Made by a program: the position numbers and the translations under genes. Shown here piece after piece: positions 23,885-34,755 of a DNA stretch of 64,000 bases. Source of the DNA: Nitrospirales bacterium (GTDB lineage Bacteria > Nitrospirota > Nitrospiria > Nitrospirales > UBA8639); the NCBI GenBank assembly GCA_965203295.1, contig CBDBCZ010000016.1:896001-960000 (forward strand), written 5' to 3'. The notes under the pieces were generated by a model that saw only the letters and a list, made by a program, of their open reading frames with translations, made no database searches and was not told where the DNA came from. Positions within the stretch are counted from its first letter, which is position 1. Each line of letters opens with the position of its first letter.

Positions 23885-25215
23885 TATTACAAGTAGTCCT
23901 GTGCTGGGTTAGCCCTTGGGTAACACCTTAGAAAGGTGTGTCTGTAAATATGATGTAATGGAGCCCCAACTCGGATATATAATGCACAAAACCTGGCAAA
24001 CCGAAGGCACCAGATCCACCTTTGGCTGTGCACAAGACTAGTGCCTGGGTGTGCTCACTGATCTAACTTTTAGTGTACCACATTACACATGCACAGTATA
24101 TATGTATCATTCGGAAGAGGTTGTACAGTACACGATAGTGTGACAGCCTACTGGGATCATGGAGTTGTATGCCTGTACAGAAATAGTTTGGTCCAGTTTT
24201 GACCAAGCCCTGTTATCAATACACAAGAAACTCTAGCAATCACTTTCTATGCATCACGACCCAGACTGTTGATGCTCATCACCTTCTCAAACTCTACTAG
24301 TGCAGCAGACAGTAATTCATTAATGGAGGGATTTCAGTGATGAGCAGTCAGTAATTCAGTGATGGAGGGATAATATTATCCTGTAGTATCCGCTAGTTTC
24401 CAGTAGTCTTGGGGAAACTGTATTTTCTGCTGTTGGTGACTTCAAGGTGGTAGATAATTGTGTGTGAATGGGCAGATACAGTTGTAGTTTTTGGACGTCG
24501 AGGGAAGGTCGTGAATCTACCCTTCTGGTAGCTAATCTCAGAATCCGTTAGTGCTAGGATTGGAATAAATGCCTGGGGACGAGGCAGTGTACATCATGCA
24601 GTAGTGCAAACCTGGGGTAGTTTCATTGAAAGACTCATGTATACTCCAGCCCTGGGGTCAAGAAATTTGATACCATACATGGTGACTGTTTGGCGTGTAG
24701 GCAAGCAGAGGTCTGGGCACGAGACTGGAGATCTTTGCTGTTTCTTACAAAATGATAACTGAACAGATTACATGTATGTAATTGTTAATTATGACCAATT
24801 CAGTATGACCTACGAACCATTAGTGTGTTATATTAGGCCTGAGGAAATTATTGTGGCAATAATTTGGAAGCCAAAAGACTAAAGTAGAATAATCGGAAGG
24901 ATATTGATTCAGCCATTGCCTGCCGAAGCCCGAACATGTCGTTTTACTTCTTGCATGCTCTTTCGAAGCAAGCAAACAGGAATCTGCTCTACAGGAATAT
25001 TGGGAGATTTTACTAGTGCTATAATACATAGAAGTCCATGTGCTTCTGGTATGACCTCCCCAATCACTCACCTCGGAGTGCAGCTTCAACGCACCCATCC
25101 TGTCTGCATGGCTGGCTGTTACTCTGCAGATAACGATCCTAGCTACAGCAGCTGACTTGCTGCAGTGCATGCTAATGTGTCAATGTTGCCACTGTAAATT
25201 TTTGTAGTGGCTGTA

Positions 25216-25362
25216 CAATGGAACCCCTCTTGAAATAAGGACACCTCTGTATTAAGCGAACTTGCTATGTCCCAAATATGCCTTTTTAATTTACCCCTGA
25301 AATAAAAACACCTCTCTGTACAGGACAGTTTACCACGTCCCCACAATAGAGGGGTTCCACTG
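25216..25362. mobile_element. Tc1/pogo-type MITE
   Basis: TA|CA(A/G)TGGAACCCCTC..GAGGGGTTCCACTG|TA. Confidence 0.7.
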
Positions 25363-26307
25363 TAGTACATGTAGAACAGAAACTTAAATAGCAAGGGCTG
25401 TCCTGTGACAGGTGATCAGAGAGACTTGTGCAGGGCATTGGCTCCACCCCCCTCCCCTTGAGAATTCTGTCCTGGTATTTAGAATCATGCGTTCCAGCTT
25501 CATTACCCCCTTTCCACCCTTGGGTAGTTTTCTAAATGACACCCTAGGCTTCCCCCTTGCAACATTGGGTCGCCAGACCATTTCAGCTAGGGGGAGGAGC
25601 CAAGGTCTGGGCACGAGTCTAGAATGGGAGAGTCTGGTATGGTTGTACGTTTGCTATTGAAATAGTTGAGGGCATTAGCTTTCATGCAACTGGCAGGAGT
25701 GCCATTTTGAACACTGATATTGTATTGCCCCCCTCCCCTCTCCAGTACAGTTGCATACTTGCAAGCCCAAGGTTTCTGAGGGGGCATCCCCACCCATCCC
25801 CTTGAAGGTTGTAGAGAGAGCTAGGAAATGTTTGGCTAGGTCAGATATCAACTCTGCAAACCTTTCATATTCATCTCAATGGAATGGTATTAGCTATAAA
25901 ACGTGACATCATGCAATATATACTTACACGCGATTGCTTCCAACCTCCTTCGCCTAGACTCTTAAGAGATTTTGATTTGGGTGAGCCTGAGCGAGCCCCA
26001 CACTAGTAGTATACATGTTTATTCTGCCCACAGAGTATGTACATGTATTTCATGCCCCCCAGACTCGGATTGGGCTCGAATGCAGTGGATTGTCAGTGAT
26101 CGAGCTTGCAAATGTTTCCTCTGCAAATTAGTTACAGTACTGTAATGATTTTACTGCTTATTATTTCATTTTACTGTGAAAGTGCAAAAGAGAGACTTGC
26201 ATGACATCATCAGATGGTATAGCTATCATCCCACCACAGTTCACATGATCACTTCTGACCTCCCTAAGGCCTGGGTGTGAGGAGACCGCGTGTTCCCTGT
26301 GTGATGG

Positions 26308-26474
26308 TATTCATGTACCCTAATTGCAATTATGTTTGGACTAGGAAACCCACAAGTTTTGTGAGCAAGTGCTGCTATATAAACTGGCACCATGTTAGTC
26401 ACTTAGACTACATTGTAAGCTTGCTTTAGCCATTTAAAAAAATTTTTGGAAGGCTTCTACAAGTTATGAAGCCT
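26308..26474 (+). ncRNA. Unit 15, subfamily C cassette with diverged body (RNA ~26401-26474)
   Basis: Complete promoter, TATA 26376, Sm 26441-26449, AGGCTTC-10nt-GAAGCCT. Confidence 0.75.
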
Positions 26475-26526
26475 ATCGAAAGTATGCCTGCGCTCACAGA
26501 ATGTTTATCACATTGTATGTACCTGT

Positions 26527-26876
26527 TAGTGATGGGCGATACCAGCAGCTCAAGAAGTGATATGATATCGGTACTTTGGCCACAGGTATTGCTCATATCA
26601 ATATATTGTGATACGATACCAGATGTGGGTGAATAGCCAAACAAAGAGTTTCTTCAAGATGTACACATACATGTACATGCATATAGAAACTGGATGTGTG
26701 TGAAACAGCCAAACAAAAACTAACAAAAGTTCTTCAAGATGTACACATACATACATGGCACATGATGTAAGGTATCGTATCGCTATACCGTGATATAGTA
26801 TTGAATATCGATACTGACAAAAACAACACCAGTATCGGAGTTATCGCTAAATTGGTATCGGTATCGCCCACCACTA
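26527..26876. mobile_element. hAT-like MITE
   Basis: TAGTG(A/G)TGGGCGATACC TIRs; 8-bp TSD GTACCTGT/GTACATGT. Confidence 0.7.
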
Positions 26877-27256
26877 GTACATGTATTTTATTACGTTTAA
26901 TCTGTGTGTCTGGTTTATATTTTTGGGTTGGTTGCCCTTGACTGATGAAGATTTTGGTCGCCATTGACATTTTTATGGTTGTCATTGAGATGAGCCTGAG
27001 CAAGCTCTACATTATTGAGTTGGCTATGCAATTGCTGTCTTGTCTGTTTTGTACGTACATCGGGCCGAAACTACGTACATTGTTCTATATTTACAGCCTT
27101 GCTAGAAATTTCTTTGACCATGTGCATGTGTGTATATTGTACTGAGCATGAGATCGCAGCAACTACATGTATACAATTTAATGACAGCGTAAACGGGAGA
27201 GGAACAGTCGTGCTTCTGAACCAGCAAACTAACAGAATATATTAAGTACGTGTGCA

Positions 27257-27350
27257 TGTAAGGTGGCACAATGTCAGTCACTTGGAATACGTTTTCTCAA
27301 GCTCTTGCTGTTTATGTAATTTTTGGCAGGCTTGTGTGTGGTGATGGAGC
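27257..27350 (+). pseudogene. Unit 16, promoter-less subfamily C copy
   Basis: TGTAAGGTGGCAC..GTCACTTGG body, Sm 27318-27326, decayed hairpin; upstream boxes absent. Confidence 0.6.
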
Positions 27351-27412
27351 ATTTTGAAAGTGTGCATGTGCTTATTGTACTCACAAACTTCCCTTTTTAT
27401 CACATTGTACAT

Positions 27413-27713
27413 TACGGTGGCCGAGAGCGGCCATTCATGTTTCGCGTTCACGTTCACGTTCACTTACACGTTCACGTGTGCGTTCCTGTTTGCGTTCAGA
27501 TGCGTGTATGCGTATACTCGCGTATCGCCGTGCCACATTCATCTTCATGTGCACGTTCGCATTCGCATTCGCATGCGTGTTCACGCGTTCATGCTCTGAG
27601 TATAGTCAGTACATGTACTGGTTCCCAAAATCCCAGAGATAGCGAACCGGAACGCACCCATTAACGCGTAAGTAAACGTGAACAACGTGAACACAAAACG
27701 TTCGGCCACCGTA
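27413..27713. mobile_element. MITE with 6-bp TSD (IS3EU-like termini)
   Basis: TACGGTGGCCGA..TCGGCCACCGTA; TSD GTACAT; internal (CACGTT)n hexamers. Confidence 0.7.
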
Positions 27714-27933
27714 GTACATTCATACATGTATTTTTTCACTTTTATTCTGTGTGTCTAGTTTATATATTTGGGTTAGTTGTCTGGAGTGTCTTAGACTGGC
27801 GAAGATTTAGGTTGCCGTTGACATGTTTACAGTTGTCATAATTAAATTCTTTCCTAATGTGTTGTAGATTGTACTTGATAGGAGGGCTAGAGCTAGGGCT
27901 AGAGGCGGTGCACATCATGTAGTAGTGCAAACC

Positions 27934-28538
27934 TAGCCTCGTACCCAGGCCTTCCCTCACAGCTTTTTTCGCAGCCGTGGCAAAAAGCGTGGTTAAGGCC
28001 TGGAAGTAAACGTCACGTGATGCGTGCCATCGCTTACGTCAGTTGCAGTGCGTGGGATTGAAGTGACGTCACAGAAGTACACGCGACGATTTATAACGAC
28101 CTCAAGTATAATTTTTAGTCAAAAGAGCAACAGCAAAGCGAAGCTGCAGACTATACTACACTCACTTGAGAGCGATATCCGCAGACAGTAACGTCCAATC
28201 TGCAGCTGGCTTGGCACAACAGTCCTTGGCGCTTAGTCATACGCAGACCGACTCGAACAGCGTAAACAGCGGCTGACGCTCGTGTGTCGTGGGATTCTTA
28301 ACTATTATGACCCGTCCGGCTCACCAACTTTACCGTAACGAGTAACTCCAGAACACAGTGTTGCTAGAGTCTCGAGAGAGTGCCACGTGAAACACGTCAC
28401 GAGTGCAAATGAACCCGTGAACCCTTGTGGTGACGAAAGCGAAGGCACGCATCACGTGATGTTTACTTCCAGGCCTTAACCACGCTTTTTGCCACGGCTG
28501 CGAAAAAAGCTGTGAGGGAAGGCCTGGGTACGAGGCTA
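27934..28538. mobile_element. AcademH-like non-autonomous element
   Basis: ~95 bp near-perfect TIRs from TAGCCTCGTACCCAGGCC; perfect 9-bp TSD GTGCAAACC. Confidence 0.85.
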
Positions 28539-28834
28539 GTGCAAACCTTCATTGAAGTGCTCATGTATGCTCCAGCCATGGGTTCAAAATTTGACTTCAT
28601 GCACTGTTTGGCGAGTTGGCAAGCAGAGGTCTGGGCACGAGACTGGAGGGAGTTTGGTCCCTGCATCTAGCCTATCCAGTAGCTGAGTAGAGTGCAGTCC
28701 TTAGTCTTAGTGATTACTAGCTCTGCCTAACTAGAGCATGGTCTCATACCCAGCCATTCATGCCTCAGACTCCACCATAAGCTAGAGTATGGTCTCATAC
28801 CCAGCCATCTCCACATGGTGGCCAGTTGTGATTG

Positions 28835-28948
28835 TATTCATGTGCCCTAATTACCTATCACACTGACCGACATGGAAACCCACAAGTGCCTTGAGCAAGT
28901 ACTGCTATATAAACTGGGACACTGTCTTGCATTTAGGCTATGTACATG
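28835..28948 (+). promoter_or_regulatory. Unit 17, intact cassette promoter; downstream body interrupted by a transposon
   Basis: TATTCATG 28835, GGAAACCCACAAGTG, TGAGCAAGTACTGC, TATATAA 28906. Confidence 0.65.
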
Positions 28949-29357
28949 CAGAGGAGGTACGTCAAGGTTTGAATTATGCATTACACATGCATGAATTATG
29001 CATTACGCATGCATGCGTACAAGTGCAGTTGGCAGCTAAAACCTCGATTTTCTCGCTATTTTGCCGGGGGGCTCAGCCGCTCAAAAGGCTTACTTTTTAA
29101 AGGCAAAAATCATGGACCTAAAGATCGGGCTGAACTGCAAGAGTATATCGGTGAGCCACTCGCCAGAAATACGGTAGATGCCTTCAATGATGGTAGAAAG
29201 TATTGACTGTTGATTTATAGCAGTCATTAGCTGGAATACCTCTCAAAAAAGTAACGCACAACGCACAGATCCTCTCTTCCAAGTAAAATAGCTCGATATA
29301 CTTACCGGTCATGTGACTAGTTGCCTCTTAGCACGTGATGCTGACGTACCTCCTCTG
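28949..29357. mobile_element. TIR element inserted in unit 17
   Basis: CAGAGGAGGTACGTCA..TGACGTACCTCCTCTG; 9-bp TSD ATGTACATG. Confidence 0.8.
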
Positions 29358-30400
29358 ATGTACATGTATATAGTCCTTGCTGTCCTGGCGGTGTGAGACA
29401 GTATATAGTTGTCTCATATAGTTGTCTCGAATTTGTCAATGATAGTCAGTCTACCAGTAGAGTTAATGTATTGAAATTATTAGAAGATGATCTGCATATG
29501 GTGGACCATGGTCGTTTGCCACACTTGTGACAGGTAGCAGCGATGAAAGGACAGTTGGGCTTTACACGTCAGTAACACAGCTGGCTTGCTGTGTGTGTGG
29601 AGAGGGGGCACTGCGTAAGTGTGGCTTCACGAGCCAGCTCACTGCTGCCATGGTTACCACAGGAGGGTAGAGGCAGACTGTGCTGCTGGGGCTAATACTC
29701 GTCCATTTTTCCTTTGAACTTCCTTTGAACTCTAACCCTGACCCTAACCCTAACCCCTCCTCCTAACGATACATTGCCGGCAAACCTGGACGTTATAGTT
29801 GGCCATCTGATCATGTGTACGTAGTTTTGTGGTTATCAAGAAGTGCACATCTGCTTATGGTTGAACCACCAGGCTTGAAACTGTATCATCAAAATTACTC
29901 CTAAATTATATTGTCTAAGCCAGAGCAGATACAGAATGACGAGAGTGTGTAGCTATTCTCATCTTCTCGGTTGTTCTTATTATCCACAACTCTACCACCA
30001 GCTGAAGTTAGTCTTGTGCCCAGACCTTAGCTTACCCCCCTCGCTGAAACAGTTTGGTGACCCAAGTTCTTGCCGTGTGCCCAGGCGCATTATCGTCAGG
30101 AAAAGTGTGCCTGGTAGCTACTGTTCGCCTGATGATAGTGCACCTCGGTACAAGGCTACCCAAGCTCTAGCACTTGTTTCACCCACTCACATTCAAGTGA
30201 GATTTCAATTGTTATGCAAAGGAATGCAATTACAGTCTACTGATGTAACTATTATGCTCCGGACTAGGGTTGCCAGAGCAGAGGGAGTAGACAAACTCTT
30301 GGGCACGAGACGCAATACCTTCCTAACTCAAACATCCACGTTTGCAAATAAGCTGGGGTAGTTGTTATGATACATGGGAATCGGGTACATTGTGTCTGAT

Positions 30401-30701
<301 letters not shown>

Positions 30702-30706
30702 TGCAG

Positions 30707-32299
30707 GAGGTGTATGGCTGCATGCGAGCAGTGAAAACCAGCCCAATGAAGTTGAACCTTGTCGCCAAATTGGTAAGCCCTCACACTGTGGCTGTCTGAT
30801 TGGAGCCGTGCTGTCTGAAGTGAGCTCACTAATGTATCACATTACAGATCCGGGGCATGAGGATCTCTGATGCCATCATTCAAATGGAACTGAGCCAGAA
30901 GAAAGCATCCAAGTTTGTTCTCACTGTAAGTCAAAAGCCCTCTCCTAATCAGTTCACCAGACCTTAGCTAGTGCTCCAGCTTATTACTCAGCCTCATTCC
31001 CAGGCCTGGAACTGGAATGGGGCTAAAGATTATTGTGCTGTAGTAGGCTCCTACCAGAGGAGGTAGGACACAGCATATGGCACGAAGTATTAGTTGATTT
31101 GTGTCATGTGAATAGTTAATAAAAGTTACTGCAAAATACTTGAGTTGGCATCTCCATGCAGAAGAACTGAAGTAGAGTGTAATTCTGACAGTGAGTCTAG
31201 TAGCGGGTCTCCGCAGGTTAGTAGTCAGAAATACTCATAATGAATGTTGTCTGGGTGGGAAAGCGCAGTTGTGTTAAATTTTGAAGGGCTTGACTTTTAA
31301 GAATGACGATGGATACCTACATCTTCCTTCAAGTCCATATTCCAGATGATTATCCGGCTACACATGACCCTAATGAGCAAAGGTCAACCTTGGCCGTCCT
31401 CCACTGGGCTCCTAGCATGTATTCTTCACTAGAATAGATCATTTAGCACCTGGTGTCACTTCCTGTTCACTACAGCTACTTTATCAACATCACTGGGTTA
31501 GCTTTTCCTTGATTTTCTTCTAGAATGCTCTGTATGAGGTACTTAATGATATCTCATGTGTTGTTGATATCCCAAGTGTAAGTTGTTGTGTTGTAGAGTC
31601 AGTTGAATTTGTTCATTTCCGATGGGGGCGGGGACAAACTCTGTCTCCCTAATAGATTTTTGTGGTTAATTGTACCTGTTCATAACCCCTGAACCCACAA
31701 GCTATTGTTTAGCTATCTTCTAAGTGCATGCATCATTTTATAGGAGGAAGTCATAGTAATCGAGTAGTAAACAGGAAGTGACAATGATGGCTGTTTCCCC
31801 AGACACTATTGGACACTCAAAGAAGAGCTGCTAATTCATATGACATGGACCCAGTGGATCTCCACGTTGGTACGTACTTCGCTGTCAACTCCGCTTGGAA
31901 ATTAGTGTTTGTTGGAAATTACTAATTATAGTGACCTGTCTGATTACTAATTATGGCTTCAATTTAGTGTTAGAAAAAATTAATTATAACTACACCTGTT
32001 GTGTTCCTACAAAACATAACAACACTACAAATTATACACTTAACAAAATATTTCTGTTCTGCTTCCCTCAATGTGTGCCAACAGCTCAGTCGTACGTTGG
32101 CAAGGGCACGTATCTGAAGAGAATCCGCTACCACGGGAGAGGGATGCACGGGGTGATGCACAAGACCTACTCACACTACTTCCTGATACTCAAACAAGGC
32201 CGGGCAGTGCGCAAGAAGAGAACTAAAGAAGACCGCAAGAGTTTTAAGACAAAGAAACTCATCGAGGCTGGACCCAGGAGCATCCCCAATTCATTATAG
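30707..32299 (+). CDS. MRPL22: Mitochondrial ribosomal protein uL22m; exons 30707-30772, 30848-30925, 31803-31869, 32085-32299; N-terminal exon(s) not resolved
   Basis: GT-AG spliced frame EVYGCMRAVKTSPMKLNLVAKL-IRGMRISDAIIQMELSQKKAS..-..DLHV-AQSYVGKGTYLKRIRYHGRGMHGVMHKTYSHYFLILKQ, the uL22 signature. Confidence 0.88.
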
Positions 32300-32485
32300 C
32301 AGTATCAATATCATCATGCCATCCATTGTAAAAAAAAAAACATTTAAAATCTGGTCCGCTGGTTAATATTATTAATATACCTAGCTAGGTAAACAATAAC
32401 TTAGTGAGGTCTCATGGAAGCAAACAGTAGTGTGCGTGTTTGTTGATCAAGATTAGTGCATGAATTGTGTGGCTGTTCATTTTTT

Positions 32486-32690
32486 TTAAAGCCCGCCAGT
32501 TTGCTGCTGAAAGACTTCGATAGTGTCATCATCTTCCATGTCCAACTGTAGGTGCATGACAAATAAGGCCAGTATAATAATCAACCTTCTTTTATTTGAT
32601 CTAAGCTAAAAAGTAAAATTTAGCTATTTTCCAACATACGTCTGAAAGTGTTTGGTCCTCATCATGACCCTTGTGTTTCTTTGAAAGCCC
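32486..32690 (-). pseudogene. SUMO 3' fragment (last exon plus internally deleted penultimate exon)
   Basis: [19 protein letters not shown] exon copy; penultimate exon lacks ~20 nt relative to 41516-41587; no upstream exons seen. Confidence 0.85.
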
Positions 32691-34122
32691 TGTATATAGA
32701 ATGAAATACATCGTATGATTAATAGCAAGTGGAAGCTAATAAGTTGAAATAATAATTATGGGAGGTACCGTATTATTATTTGCCCACCCCCGGGGATATA
32801 ATTAGATTGATGTTAGCTTGGGCAAACTTTAGTGCAACATTTCCACATTCAAGTAATTACCCTGCTAAGTCAACGATGCAGCATCTTAATCTTGTACTGC
32901 TGCTTTTCTGTATGTAATTAACTGTAGTGTAAAATGTGTTTCCCCTCATTTGAAACCCTGTACATGTATTTCTCCTCTGCATGTACATTCAGGTTCACTT
33001 CACCAAGAAGCATCAGAGCATGCCAGTCCTCAGTTTGAATCTCAAATGCATTGACTGAGACGATCCCTGGGAGTGCTGCCATCCATTATGTGCCTCTTGG
33101 AACCTACCTACCGTTCAAAATTGTAGCTGTCCCACAACGCTTTTTAATGATAAACACCTCATATCCTTCCTAGTCTCCCCTAACCAGCTGTTAAGACAGA
33201 GCTGGCCTCTCAGATTGACGAAGTATGTGTAGGCTTTACTGTTTTGGAGTGTCTGAAGCATTCTCCCCCCCCCCCCCCCCTCCCTTCCCATCCCGTCCCC
33301 TCCCCTCCCAGGTGACAGCAATAATTATATGAAGAATTAAGTGGTGTGTGAGAAGGAGGAGCTGGTTGTGAAAGTGGTATTGCTGGATGGAGAGAGGATG
33401 AAAGTCATTGATGAACTCACTATAGTGCTGAGCAAAACCATAGAGAAACTATCAAGGTGAAAACATAACCATTATCCCCTGCATTTACCTACTCACCTGT
33501 ACATGTATATTGGAAAGAAAAGCAGACAGTATAGTTAGAGTGACAAAATGTGATAATTCATAGGAAAATGAGAAGATTCAGGGAGTGGTGAAAAAGCAGA
33601 AAGCTGAGATTATAAAGTTACAAGCCAACTGTGAAAAGAGTGATTTGTAGTTTTGAGGTAGGTAGAAGAGTTACATCCTACCTCAGCATATAATCTGAAT
33701 ACTGATTGTACATGCCCTTTTTACATACATGCATACCATTATGACTCTCTTGGCTTATAAGACATGTGCATTTTAGGAGTACAGTCGCATCTCAGTGCTT
33801 ACTGACATCCTCTCTTTGAGCTGCATGGATATAGGAGTTGAGGTGATATAGAGTGTAGAGATGAAGTAATAAAATCAGTAAACTGAAAGCACTCCATTTT
33901 CCCCTTCCTTCCATTCATCTCGAATGGTAGGATGCGAATGTTGTTGGATGCATTTGGTGAATCAATACAATTTATAAACTAAATTCTATAAATTGCACTG
34001 CACATTCTATAAGTTAATAAACTGTGTGGCGCTAACCCTATCCCTATTTCTAACCCAGCCCCAAACCTAACCCTACCCCTAACCCTAAGCCTCACCCTTT
34101 AGCCCTAAATCACTATGTATAG

Positions 34123-34237
34123 CTTAGAGCATGGGCAGCTATGTTCTAAGTATAACTTAGAGCATGGGCAGCTCTATGTTCTAACTAGACCTCGGCTTCG
34201 CCTCGGCCTAGTTAGAACATAGCTGCCCATGCTCTGA
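34123..34237. repeat. Palindromic element next to a degenerate (TAACCC)n tract (34032-34108)
   Basis: AGAGCATGGGCAGCT..ATGTTCTAACTAG arms around CCTCGGCTTCGCCTCGG; left arm tandemly duplicated. Confidence 0.65.
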
Positions 34238-34755
34238 GTCATTTAGTATATGCACATCTTCAGCTTCTTATGCATAACTCTATGGGATTATTACTATACT
34301 CTATGAAAATTATTCCATACACTTGTTACTATAGTAACATATACTAAGAATTCATAAAATGCACAGCACAATTTACAAACTGCATAGATTTACAAAATGC
34401 ACCCCAACACAGATATAGGGAATTACATAGGATCTCATCTCCAATCTCCATGCACAGACTGTTGATGGAGATAGTATACGTAGCTGCATGGTGAAGGAAG
34501 TCATACATACATGCTCATCAAAGTATAAACAATTGTGCTTGCATTATTGTGACAACGCATGAATGGCATAATTTATTAGAAACTGACAATACCAGTGAGT
34601 AAATTAAGGCATATATACAGAGATGAAAATCGTATTGAAGTTATAAGAGCATGAATGCTTACTAGTATGTATTTCCTTACTCAAAAGAAATTTCAAGTGC
34701 AATGTTCAGTAGGCTAGTGGTATTCATCTGATACATAGTTTCCGATCGTGTAGAA

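Larger units (their letters stand above)
1..28948 (+). ncRNA. Array of 18 co-oriented snRNA-like (Sm-site) gene cassettes, subfamilies A/B/C plus two divergent units
   Basis: Repeated promoter-like block (TATTCATG; GAAACCCACAAGTG; TGAGCAAGTGCTGC; TATATAA) followed 55-75 nt after the TATA by AATTTTTGG and a GGCTTC-loop-GRAGCC stem. TATA or TATA-equivalent at 1551, 5547, 7209, 8775, 13321, 13908, 16469, 17043, 17655, 18828, 19370, 20316, 22592, 23788, 26376, ~27256, 28906, plus one unit cut by the window start. Confidence 0.8.

Noticed and set aside
1486..28948. CRISPR array interpretation of the constant-variable-constant pattern
   Set aside because: Eukaryotic context, no cas genes, units kilobases apart, left and right flanks differ and each unit has its own promoter.
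9..29206. Short ORFs across the left 29 kb
   Set aside because: All under 125 aa, overlapping repeats or cassettes, not conserved in frame between paralogous blocks; only TE-derived fragments were recognisable.
29732..29757. Telomere-like (TAACCC)n tracts (also 34032-34108)
   Set aside because: Short, degenerate and interstitial; no evidence of a chromosome end or fusion.
29936..30196. Possible MRPL22 first exon (in frame, ends CAA|GTGAGA)
   Set aside because: Overlaps an AcademH-like remnant (TAGTCTTGTGCCCAGACC at 30009; GGGCACGAGAC at 30301) and shows no recognisable homology; left unresolved.
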